From contig CANQRG010000003.1 in assembly GCA_947626165.1 (NCBI GenBank), positions 8,375 through 72,374 of the forward strand: 64,000 bases of DNA, in the 5' to 3' direction. Source of the stretch: an uncultured Clostridia bacterium (GTDB lineage: Bacteria > Bacillota > Clostridia > Oscillospirales > Ruminococcaceae). Shown one piece after another: positions 55,902 to 64,000 of the stretch. Position numbers and translations under genes: made by a program. The number at the start of each line of letters is the position of its first letter. The first letter of the stretch is position 1. A model generated the notes under the pieces. It was not told the origin of the DNA. It saw only the letters and a list, made by a program, of their open reading frames with translations, and searched no databases.

Positions 55902-56252
55902 ATGTCATTAAAAAAACTATCACGCTTTCTATACTTTGATATAGAAGGATTTCTTGAAAAAAAGAAGCTTATGATAATTGGGATTCAGGAGTGGAAGGAC
56001 TTTGACACACAGAAGTTTCTTGGCACAAAAGTTGAGGTGGTTATTACATCTGACAAGACTGATTATGGTACGACTGGAGGGGAAGTGGTAACCAACCTCT
56101 ATGAAAAACTAACGATTAAGATACCTGCGAAGCTGACTAACATTCCAATGAATGTTGAAGTTCGGCTTGTGAATCCAGAGGCTGTTGTATATGGAGAATA
56201 TCGCAATGCTCTGAGCATTACCGCAGAAAATATTGAAATTGTCGGAAAGTAG
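55902..56252 (+). CDS. Hypothetical small protein (116 aa) of the element backbone
   Basis: Start moved to the ATG at 55902 (AGGAGG RBS). Confidence 0.6.
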   Translation: MSLKKLSRFLYFDIEGFLEKKKLMIIGIQEWKDFDTQKFLGTKVEVVITSDKTDYGTTGGEVVTNLYEKLTIKIPAKLTNIPMNVEVRLVNPEAVVYGEYRNALSITAENIEIVGK

Positions 56253-56270
56253 TCAGGCGTAAGGCGAGGC

Positions 56271-56290
56271 GTGCCCCTTTCAAGGGGCAC
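56271..56290 (+). promoter_or_regulatory. GC-rich stem-loop, candidate nick site (oriT/dso)
   Basis: gtgcccc-tttcaa-ggggcac lies in an AT-rich context, 43 nt upstream of the Rep gene. Confidence 0.35.
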
Positions 56291-56332
56291 AGCCGATGCC
56301 CTATTAACTTGATTATCAGGTGATATTATTCC

Positions 56333-57286
56333 ATGAGTACTATTAAACGAAAAATTAAAGTACCTAAATATATTGATTTACAAAAAGTTGTATTGTTAAA
56401 ATCTATGGGCAATATCAAAGAAATAGCAATTTCTGATAAACATAATTCAGGGGCTACAGTTAAACCAATTTCCAAAGATGAATATTTGCTTTATTCTACT
56501 GGCGAGGTTAAAAAGTTTGAAAATCATGCTTTAGACAGAACAGAAAACTTACGAAATTTACAAAAGACAATGCATTGTCTTTCCGATTTAATAAATGCAA
56601 ATATTTATTCTGAAAATGCTGATTTCTGTAAATTTATTACTTTTACATATCGAGAAAATATGCAAGATTCAGACAAACTTTATATTGACTTTAGAAATTT
56701 TAATAAAAGGTTTAAACGATATATGGAGAAGTTAGGATATCATTATGAATATATTATAACCGTTGAAGCACAAGAAAGAGGTGCATTTCATCTGCATGGT
56801 ATATTTATATTTTCAAAGAAAGCTCCGTTTATTGAAAATACTGTGCTTTCTGACATGTGGGGATTAGGCTTTGTATCTATTAAAGCACTTGATAAAAATA
56901 TTGATAATATAGGAAAATATCTTACTTCATATCTTACTGATTTACCTATTGATAATTCTTCAAATATCGTTCAAGAATTCATGGGTGGTGACATAAAAGA
57001 AATTTCTGTAGACGATAACAGAAAACGAATAATTAAAGGTGCAAGATTAAAACTTTTACCTGTTGGAATGCGAATATATAGGTACTCAAGAGGTATTAGA
57101 AAGCCAAAAGTTAAATCTATTTCTTATGGTGAAGCATTGAAAGAATTATCAGATAGTGGTTTTTCAAAAGTGAATGAATATGCAATAGAGATAAAGGATA
57201 TTGAACGTGATTTTACAAGTCAATATATAAAACAAACATTTAAGAAGAATATTAATACAAATAAAAAGGTCGGTGATAAACATTGA
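56333..57286 (+). CDS. HUH-type rolling-circle replication initiator / relaxase-like protein
   Basis: FITFTYREN (motif I-like), GAFHLHGIF (HUH motif), IGKYLTSYLT (catalytic Tyr motif). Confidence 0.7.
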   Translation: MSTIKRKIKVPKYIDLQKVVLLKSMGNIKEIAISDKHNSGATVKPISKDEYLLYSTGEVKKFENHALDRTENLRNLQKTMHCLSDLINANIYSENADFCKFITFTYRENMQDSDKLYIDFRNFNKRFKRYMEKLGYHYEYIITVEAQERGAFHLHGIFIFSKKAPFIENTVLSDMWGLGFVSIKALDKNIDNIGKYLTSYLTDLPIDNSSNIVQEFMGGDIKEISVDDNRKRIIKGARLKLLPVGMRIYRYSRGIRKPKVKSISYGEALKELSDSGFSKVNEYAIEIKDIERDFTSQYIKQTFKKNINTNKKVGDKH

Positions 57287-58518
57287 AAACAAAAGAACGA
57301 GTAAAAGCAGGAATAAAGCGTATTTATGAAAAACCAATTTTTCTTTTAATTCCATTACTATACGTTATAGTTTTAGGGTTTATTACACATAGAGAATTAG
57401 GAATTTTAAAAATACTATTTTTAAAGTATACTTTCATATTTATGATTATTGTCTTAGCTTTAGTGGGTATATGTTTTATAGTAAAAATAATAGGTACTCC
57501 AATAAAATCTAAAAAAATAGAAAAGGCTCTTTTAAATATTGGATTTATAGATAATTCAGGTGACAGCCCTATGTTATTATCACAAAAGAAAAGCAAAAAC
57601 GGAACTATACTTGAATTCTACTCTAAAATGATTCCACTTTCTGAATATGAAAAACATAAAGAAAAAATTGAAACAGCACTTAATTTAAAAATCATATCAA
57701 TTAGTCGGGGAAAAGATGTGAGGCATGTAATAATAAAGGCTATAAATTCTTTGACGGGAAACGAAGATATTATTTATTGGAACGACAAATATTTAAGTGA
57801 AAAAGATTTTGAGCTTGTTTTGGGCGAAAGCTATTTTGAAATTGAAAGCATTGATATTACAGTAACACCACATATTTTAATTGGCGGTGGTACAGGCTCT
57901 GGTAAGAGTAAGTTATTAAAACTTATTCTTATTGAAAGTATAAAAAAGGGAGCAAAGATTTTTCTTGCTGACTTTAAAGGTGGTATTGATTATCCAAGTG
58001 TATGGCATAAGCAGTGTAAAATTATAACTGAGCAGAAGGAACTAGATAGTCAATTATCAATAATACTTGAAACAATGGAAGAACGAAGACACATGCTTGT
58101 AGAATCTGAAACACCTAATATCAAGGAATACAACGAAAAAACAGATTCAAATCTCCCAAGAATTATCATAGCTTGTGATGAAATTGCTGAAGTACTTGAT
58201 AAAACTGGACTTAATAAAAATGAAAAAGAATTAGTTAATAAAATTGAAAGTAAAATGTCAACCATTGCAAGACAAGGTAGAGCTTTTGGTATTCATCTAA
58301 TTTTTGCAACACAAAGACCAGATTCAGAGATTTTAAAAGGGCAAATAAAGAACAATATAAGTTATCGTGTATGTGGTCGTGCTGATAAAATATTATCACA
58401 AATTATTTTAGATACACCAGAGTGTGCCAATATTATTTCTCCAAATGACCAAGGAATGTTCCTCACTAATACAGGTGTTCTGTTTAAATCGTATTATATC
58501 GAGGATAATTGTTTGTAG
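57283..58518 (+). CDS. FtsK/SpoIIIE-family DNA translocase (coupling-protein type)
   Basis: Two N-terminal TM segments, Walker A GGGTGSGKSK, Walker B IIIACDEIAE, FATQRPD. TTG start overlapping the rep stop. Confidence 0.85.
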   Translation: MKTKERVKAGIKRIYEKPIFLLIPLLYVIVLGFITHRELGILKILFLKYTFIFMIIVLALVGICFIVKIIGTPIKSKKIEKALLNIGFIDNSGDSPMLLSQKKSKNGTILEFYSKMIPLSEYEKHKEKIETALNLKIISISRGKDVRHVIIKAINSLTGNEDIIYWNDKYLSEKDFELVLGESYFEIESIDITVTPHILIGGGTGSGKSKLLKLILIESIKKGAKIFLADFKGGIDYPSVWHKQCKIITEQKELDSQLSIILETMEERRHMLVESETPNIKEYNEKTDSNLPRIIIACDEIAEVLDKTGLNKNEKELVNKIESKMSTIARQGRAFGIHLIFATQRPDSEILKGQIKNNISYRVCGRADKILSQIILDTPECANIISPNDQGMFLTNTGVLFKSYYIEDNCL

Positions 58519-58571
58519 AAAACTAATTGACTGTTTTAGAGTATTATGAAGAAAGGGAGTAGGTGTACAAA

Positions 58572-58751
58572 ATGTTGGAGAATTATCCAGATATTTTAAC
58601 TATTAAACAACTTAAAGAAATTTTAAATATAGGGCAAAACAAAGCATTGGCAATTTTACATAATGGAAAAATTCAATATTTTAGAATTGGTAGATCTGTA
58701 AAGATACCTAAGAAAGCTGTTGTAGATTATATAGAAAAATCTATAATGTAA
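58572..58751 (+). CDS. Excisionase (HTH_17)
   Basis: ILTIKQLKEILNIGQNKALAILHNGKIQYFRIGRSVKIPKKAVVDYI. Confidence 0.8.
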   Translation: MLENYPDILTIKQLKEILNIGQNKALAILHNGKIQYFRIGRSVKIPKKAVVDYIEKSIM

Positions 58752-58850
58752 CTTGACAAAACAGCCACACCAATGTTAAACTTGGGATATTATAAAGGTG
58801 TGGCTGTTGTCTTTGTTCTAACATGAAAATGTGAACGGAGGTTAAAGCCT

Positions 58851-60005
58851 ATGATTAATGGAAGTATACAACAAAAGAAAGGTAACTTATACGCAGTTTT
58901 GAGTGTACCCAAAGCAGGAGGTGGATATAAAACAAAATGGGTTAGCATGAAAATGAAGCCCACTGAAAGTAAGCGAAAGCAGAAAGCTAAACTTGATGAA
59001 ATAAGAATTGAATATAGCAATATTTTAAGTATAGAATCATTTGAAATTAAGTTTTGTGACTATATAAAGAAATGGAATGAAGAAACCAAATCTGAAAAAT
59101 CAATAACTACTTATGACGGTTACTGCCATATGATAAATAAATACTTGTACAACTATTTCGATGAAAGGGGATTGACTTTGGCAGAACTTAGAACAGCTGA
59201 TATTGAATCTTATTATCGATATCTACAGCATGATTGTAATTTATCAGGAAATACAGCTTTAAAACATCATCAAATTATATACACAAGTCTAAAATATGCC
59301 GTATATAATAGAGTTCTAAAAGAAAATCCTGCAGAATATGTCAAAAGACCAAAGAAAAGTAAAGCTAATCATGATTTTTATAATGCTAATGAGCTAAAAG
59401 AATTAATGAGTGTTGCAAAAGGCGATGTACTTGAAACAGCTATTTACTTGACAATTTGGTTAGGTTTAAGGCGTGAAGAAGTGCTTGGACTTAAGTGGTG
59501 CAACATAGATTTTGAAAAACATATTATTAAGATTTGTGAAACTGTTGTAAGAGCAAAACAAGACGGTAAAATAGTTAGCATGTCAAGAAAACGGACTAAA
59601 ACAGAAACAAGTAATCGAGTTCTTTATATGACAGATGTTATAGAGGACTATTTATTACATATAAAATATCAACAAAATAAATATCAGCTTATATGTGGTA
59701 ATAGTTATGATATCAATGATTATGTTTGTAAAAACAAATTAGGAGAACCTGTAAAGCCAGATTATATAACACATCATTTTAATGCATTACTAAAGAAGAA
59801 CGGTTTAAGACATATTAAATTTCATGATTTAAGACATTCTTGTGCAAGTTATATGCTCGACAATGGTTATAATCTAAAACAGATACAAGAACTATTAGGA
59901 CATAGCAACTATAATTTCACTGCTGATGTTTATACTCATGTGGACATAAAATCTAAACAAGATATGGCTAATAAAATATCTAACGATTTGAAAGCGGTTT
60001 ACTAG
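58851..60005 (+). CDS. Tyrosine integrase (Tn916-Int-like, with an N-terminal arm-binding domain)
   Basis: GSIQQKKGNLYAVLSV...YKTKWVS N-terminal domain. Catalytic residues in GLRREEVLGLKW, HDLRHSCASYM and LGHSNYNFTADVYTH. Confidence 0.92.
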   Translation: MINGSIQQKKGNLYAVLSVPKAGGGYKTKWVSMKMKPTESKRKQKAKLDEIRIEYSNILSIESFEIKFCDYIKKWNEETKSEKSITTYDGYCHMINKYLYNYFDERGLTLAELRTADIESYYRYLQHDCNLSGNTALKHHQIIYTSLKYAVYNRVLKENPAEYVKRPKKSKANHDFYNANELKELMSVAKGDVLETAIYLTIWLGLRREEVLGLKWCNIDFEKHIIKICETVVRAKQDGKIVSMSRKRTKTETSNRVLYMTDVIEDYLLHIKYQQNKYQLICGNSYDINDYVCKNKLGEPVKPDYITHHFNALLKKNGLRHIKFHDLRHSCASYMLDNGYNLKQIQELLGHSNYNFTADVYTHVDIKSKQDMANKISNDLKAVY

Positions 60006-60008
60006 CTT

Positions 60009-60027
60009 TTTAGAACTGTTTTAGAAT
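60009..60027 (+). repeat. Arm-type repeats TTTAGAAC / TTTAGAAT (11-bp spacing), int-proximal end of element B
   Basis: Copies at 60009-60016 and 60020-60027. Confidence 0.6.
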
Positions 60028-60095
60028 TCTCAATTTTGTTAAGTATAAAAACAAAAGCTTGACTTTACAAAACAATGCAAAATCAAGCTCACATT

Positions 60096-60172
<77 letters not shown>

Positions 60173-60427
60173 ATAATTTTATTAACACTTTTTTAGTGCA
60201 TAATTATTATATCATTTAGTTGACCCTTTGTCAAGACTTTTTATCAAAAATAATTTTAACTCCTATTTGCCTTTAAATTTCAATATCAAATATAACGATT
60301 TATAAATTTCAGCAATGGTTTTTGTTTATTTTAACCTAAGCTGTTAGTTGTAATTTGTGTAAAATTACAAAAATGCAATTTAATAGGTAATGCAAAACTT
60401 TATTTGTTAATTTTGAGCAAAAATTCA

Positions 60428-60456
60428 TTGACAGAAAGAGCTTTTTATGATATATT
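60428..60456 (+). promoter_or_regulatory. Sigma-A promoter with extended -10
   Basis: TTGACA, 17 bp spacer (ending TGA), TATATT. Confidence 0.6.
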
Positions 60457-60513
60457 TAACATATGGTGTGAGTATTCACAGCAAATAAATATTTTATATA
60501 AGGAGGTTAATTT

Positions 60514-61956
60514 ATGAAGTTGACAAAAAGACTTCTCGCTGCATTACTGGCTCTAGCAGCTGCTGTTTCAGTTACAGGATGCTCAAATTCTAAAAAAGAT
60601 GACTCTTATCAAGATAAGGTCAAGGTTCCTTCAACCGATGCAATTGCTGAAATTCCAGAAGGTGCAGAAAACACACTTCAATATCTCGGTATTAGTGATT
60701 TGAATCCTACATCTGATGCACAAGAAAAAAGTGTTGAAATGACATTATTCAACGACAAAGGAGGTAAGGTCGAATACATAAAAACCGACCAACGTGGTCT
60801 AAGCAGCAAGCTATCATCACTTATTTTGGCAGATACACCGCCAGATATGGTTTCATATGGTATTGGTATAATGGTTTATCCTTGCAACATTGTAAAGGGT
60901 CTTTTCCAGCCAGTTGATGAGATTGTTGATTTCAATTCAGACATATGGTCAGATATGAAGCCAATCGCTGACCAGTTCACAATAGCTGGCAAGCATTATG
61001 TTGCACCTACATCATTCGGTGATACAGTTCCACTTATGTTCTATGATAAAAAGGTTATTGCAAATGAAGGACTTGCAGATCCTTATGAATTATATCTAGA
61101 CGGCGAATGGGACTGGAACGCATGCACAGATATCATGACTGAGTATGTTTCAAATGCAACCGGCGATGAGGAAAGATACGGTGTATGGGGCTGGTTCCCT
61201 GAGCCAATTTTCACAACAACAGGTACAACTATCATCAAGTATGATGAGAAAAAGGATGAGTATGTAAATAACTCAAATGACCCTAACCTTGAAAGAGCTG
61301 CTAACTACCTTTACAACATAGAAAAAGACGGTCTGATCAACCCGGAGGGTTGGCTTGGCAATCCTAAATCAACATTTGAACATAATACTCTTTTCTGTTC
61401 ACTGGGAAGATGGGCTGCTGTAACAAACAATGCTCCTCAAGCAGGTGATGACTGGATGTGCGTTCCTATTCCAAAGGATCCTAACAGTGACAAATACTAC
61501 AGAGCACTTGACATCACTGTTCCAACTAACACAATGTGGATCGCAGGCTCAACAAAGAAAGAAGCTATGAAATGCTGGCTTGAGTGCTGTAAGGTCGCTA
61601 ACACAAATGAGGAATATAAAAAAGCTAATAAAGAAAAGTTCTTCGAGAATGCACCAAACTGGTCAGAAGAAATGTATAATATGGCATTTGAAGAGGTATT
61701 CTCAGATAAATTTACTCTGATTTTTGACCCAGGTACAGGTATCTCAAGCGAACTTTCAGATGATTCTGCTGCTCAGAATGCTGAAGGAAAAGCTATAAAT
61801 CAGTATATGTATTTGGCAACAACTAAATATGACTATGCGTCAGGCGGCGCACAATTTACTTGGTCACAGATTCGTCAAAAATACAGCGCTACTATTGACA
61901 GCGAGCTTAAAAAGTTCAATAAAAGCTACAAAGAGTTTTTAAAGAAAAATAAGTAA
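60514..61956 (+). CDS. ABC-transporter extracellular solute-binding lipoprotein (family 1, sugar-type)
   Basis: Lipobox VTGCSN, AGGAGG RBS, ~480 aa. Paralogous to 62116-63534 along its whole length. Confidence 0.75.
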   Translation: MKLTKRLLAALLALAAAVSVTGCSNSKKDDSYQDKVKVPSTDAIAEIPEGAENTLQYLGISDLNPTSDAQEKSVEMTLFNDKGGKVEYIKTDQRGLSSKLSSLILADTPPDMVSYGIGIMVYPCNIVKGLFQPVDEIVDFNSDIWSDMKPIADQFTIAGKHYVAPTSFGDTVPLMFYDKKVIANEGLADPYELYLDGEWDWNACTDIMTEYVSNATGDEERYGVWGWFPEPIFTTTGTTIIKYDEKKDEYVNNSNDPNLERAANYLYNIEKDGLINPEGWLGNPKSTFEHNTLFCSLGRWAAVTNNAPQAGDDWMCVPIPKDPNSDKYYRALDITVPTNTMWIAGSTKKEAMKCWLECCKVANTNEEYKKANKEKFFENAPNWSEEMYNMAFEEVFSDKFTLIFDPGTGISSELSDDSAAQNAEGKAINQYMYLATTKYDYASGGAQFTWSQIRQKYSATIDSELKKFNKSYKEFLKKNK

Positions 61957-61976
61957 TTACACATAGTTAAACTTTT

Positions 61977-62006
61977 GCCGGAGGGATTTTCCTTCCGGCA
62001 TTTTTT
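61977..62006 (+). terminator. Rho-independent terminator
   Basis: gccggaggg-atttt-ccttccggc followed by a T-run. Confidence 0.8.
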
Positions 62007-62026
62007 ATTTAAGTTATATAAAAAAA

Positions 62027-62055
62027 TTGACAAGATGTTAAAAATATAGTATAAT
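62027..62055 (+). promoter_or_regulatory. Consensus sigma-A promoter
   Basis: TTGACA, 17 bp spacer, TATAAT. Confidence 0.7.
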
Positions 62056-62115
62056 ATATAAAATATTTAGCAAGACGTAAAACCTTAACCAAATAAATTT
62101 AAAAGGAGAACGATT

Positions 62116-63534
62116 ATGAAAAATTTTAAACGCTTCTTAGCCGCATTACTTGCTATCGGAATGTCTGTGTCATTAATCGGCTGTCAAAAAAACTCAGACT
62201 CATCTTATGATGAAGCTGTTGCCGTACCAACAGCAGATGAAATTGAGGCCATTCCCGACAGTGCCGAAAAAACCCTTGACTGGTGTTCGTATTACGACTT
62301 AAACCCATCGGCAAACAGTGAAGAAAAGTACACTAATGTTTCTCTGTTTGAGGACAAGGGAGGAAAAATAAACTACATAAGCTGCGGAGGCTCAGCCAAT
62401 AAATACAATAAGCTGTCAGAGCTTATATTGGCAAATACCCCGCCTGATATTTTCCCATACGAGCAAAAAATGACCTTCCCTATCGGAGTTATCAAAGATA
62501 GATATCAGCCTGTTGACAGCGTTGTCGACTTTGATTCACCTCTGTGGGCAGATGTTAAAGATACCGCTGAGCAATTTGCTTTAAACGGAAAGCACTATGT
62601 TGCTCCAATATCCTTCGGTACGCTTTCAACACTTACATATGACCTTGACGTTATTGCTGAAGAAGGTTTAGATGATCCTTATGAATTGTATCAAGAAGGA
62701 AAATGGGACTGGAATTCATTTTACGATATTATGAAGCAATACAAAGAAAATGCAAAGGGCAACGAAGAAAGATACGGTATAAACGGCTGGTATCACCCGT
62801 TTATATTCCAGTCAACAGGTCAAACTATCATTTCAAAAGACCCTAAAACAGGAAAGTATATAAACAACATTAAAAATCCTGATCTCGAACGTGCCGCAGA
62901 TTTCTTATACAAGCTTACAAAAGAAGGTCTGGACAACGCGGCATGGATAGGCAGTGCTGCATCTACTTTTGAAAATAACACACTGTTTTTTGCAATGGGA
63001 CCGTGGGCGTCAACAGGATCTCATACGCCTAAAGAGGGCGATAGATGGGGAGTTGTTCCTATGCCGAGAGATCCTAATTCCGACGTGCAATATACAACTT
63101 TGGATATAGGAGCTTATATGTGGATTAAAGGCTCGACAAAAAAGGATGCTGTAAGATGCTGGTATGAATGTTCAAAGCTGGCAGCAACCGCTGACGAGTA
63201 TAAAGAGATTTCCAAGAAGAAATTCTACGTTGACAATCCAAACTGGTCAGAGGAAGCATATCAGGTAACATACGAAGATGTTATATCCGATAAGTTTACC
63301 AAGGTAATAGACCCGGGTTACGGAATTTCAACACTTCTTTCAGACGACGACGCGGCTACAAACATTACAAAAGAAGCGGTAATTGCATATCTCTACACTT
63401 CTATAAGAAAATTCGATGATTCTAAAACGCAGATAACTTGGACACAAGTTCGTGAACAATACAAACCGATTATAGACAGCGAACTAAAGAAATTCAATGA
63501 CAGTCTTCAAGAATTTTTGAAAAATGATAAATAA
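62116..63534 (+). CDS. ABC-transporter extracellular solute-binding lipoprotein (paralogue)
   Basis: Lipobox LIGCQK. Blocks shared with the upstream paralogue include LILA(D/N)TPPD, GKHYVAP.SFG, DPYELY..G.WDWN and EERYG..GW. Confidence 0.75.
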   Translation: MKNFKRFLAALLAIGMSVSLIGCQKNSDSSYDEAVAVPTADEIEAIPDSAEKTLDWCSYYDLNPSANSEEKYTNVSLFEDKGGKINYISCGGSANKYNKLSELILANTPPDIFPYEQKMTFPIGVIKDRYQPVDSVVDFDSPLWADVKDTAEQFALNGKHYVAPISFGTLSTLTYDLDVIAEEGLDDPYELYQEGKWDWNSFYDIMKQYKENAKGNEERYGINGWYHPFIFQSTGQTIISKDPKTGKYINNIKNPDLERAADFLYKLTKEGLDNAAWIGSAASTFENNTLFFAMGPWASTGSHTPKEGDRWGVVPMPRDPNSDVQYTTLDIGAYMWIKGSTKKDAVRCWYECSKLAATADEYKEISKKKFYVDNPNWSEEAYQVTYEDVISDKFTKVIDPGYGISTLLSDDDAATNITKEAVIAYLYTSIRKFDDSKTQITWTQVREQYKPIIDSELKKFNDSLQEFLKNDK

Positions 63535-63544
63535 AGATAAAATT

Positions 63545-63573
63545 AAAGCCCTGAGGAATTTCCTCAGGGCTTT
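63545..63573. terminator. Bidirectional terminator between the SBP gene and secA
   Basis: aaagccctgagga-att-tcctcagggcttt. Confidence 0.85.
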
Positions 63574-63594
63574 AGTATTTATCGTTTTTATTAA

Positions 63595-64000
63595 TTATTC
63601 ATTTCTGCCGCAGCACTTCTTATACTTCTTGCCGCTTCCGCATGGACACGGATCGTTTCTTCCCGGTTTTTTCTTAACGGTTCTTGCGCCCGAAAGAGAG
63701 TTATCCGCCTTGACCGGATTAGCCTTTAAAACCTGTTCTCTCTTAGGCTCGTCATTGGTCTTGACCTTAACCGTATACATCATACGAACAGTCTCTTCAC
63801 AAATAGAAGCTATCATTTCATCGAACATATCAAAGCCTTCGATACGATACTCAACAACAGGGTTCTTGTTTCCGTAAGCCCGCAAACCGATACCTCGTTT
63901 CAACTCTTCCATATCGTCAATATGATTCATCCACTTTGTGTCTACAACCTTTAACAGAACGACCCTTTCAACCTCACGCAAAATCTCAGGAGTAAGCTCC
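63595..64000 (-). CDS. secA: Preprotein translocase SecA, C-terminal end (gene continues beyond the window)
   Basis: The C-terminal zinc-binding tail is [21 protein letters not shown]. The preceding [19 protein letters not shown] is conserved in SecA. The frame is open to base 64000. Confidence 0.9.
   Translation of the reverse strand, partial: ELTPEILREVERVVLLKVVDTKWMNHIDDMEELKRGIGLRAYGNKNPVVEYRIEGFDMFDEMIASICEETVRMMYTVKVKTNDEPKREQVLKANPVKADNSLSGARTVKKKPGRNDPCPCGSGKKYKKCCGRNE

Noticed and set aside
58790-59020. 76-aa minus-strand ORF overlapping the start of the element B integrase
   Set aside because: It is antisense to the integrase N-terminal arm-binding domain and has no RBS.
63524-63877. 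117-aa plus-strand ORF after the second SBP gene
   Set aside because: It is antisense to the highly conserved C-terminus of secA, which includes the [13 protein letters not shown] zinc tail. Its start overlaps the SBP stop and the terminator hairpin.

Overview
A low-GC Firmicutes (Clostridia-like) chromosomal segment made of four blocks.

**1. Housekeeping genes.** These include rpsF-ssb-rpsR, galU, prfB, a cwlD-like amidase, rnpB (RNase P RNA), ymdB, a two-component system, a TetR-controlled MMPL/YhgE-Pip operon, an ECF sigma/anti-sigma pair, two paralogous solute-binding lipoproteins and the 3' end of secA.

**2. Accessory cluster at 10.2-24.3 kb (most unusual region).** Twelve co-directional minus-strand genes lie behind one near-consensus promoter.
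- The core is a cytoplasmic vWA / PP2C phosphatase / Ser-Thr kinase triad (TerY-P-like).
- Around it are four membrane proteins with an N-terminal zinc ribbon, several SH3b-domain proteins, and large secreted proteins that end in the same lysine-rich Fn3-like module.

**3. Two integrative elements in tandem at an initiator tRNA-Met gene (41.2-60.2 kb).** They are bounded by three identical 45-nt direct repeats of the tRNA 3' half.
- Element A (~7.7 kb) is laid out like a phage-inducible chromosomal island: int, repressor, divergent cro-like HTH, xis, rep, then an iteron-rich origin. It also carries a sigma factor.
- Element B (~11 kb) has a Tn916-like mobilisation backbone (xis, int, FtsK-like translocase, HUH Rep). 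Its very AT-rich three-gene cargo is a candidate defence or exclusion module: an AlbA_2/Schlafen-like protein, a 632-aa polytopic membrane protein, and a seven-bladed propeller lipoprotein.

**4. A dispersed modular intergenic repeat family**, with at least five loci in the window.

No CRISPR array, rRNA or IS transposase was seen. All domain calls come from motif reading by eye and need HMM confirmation.
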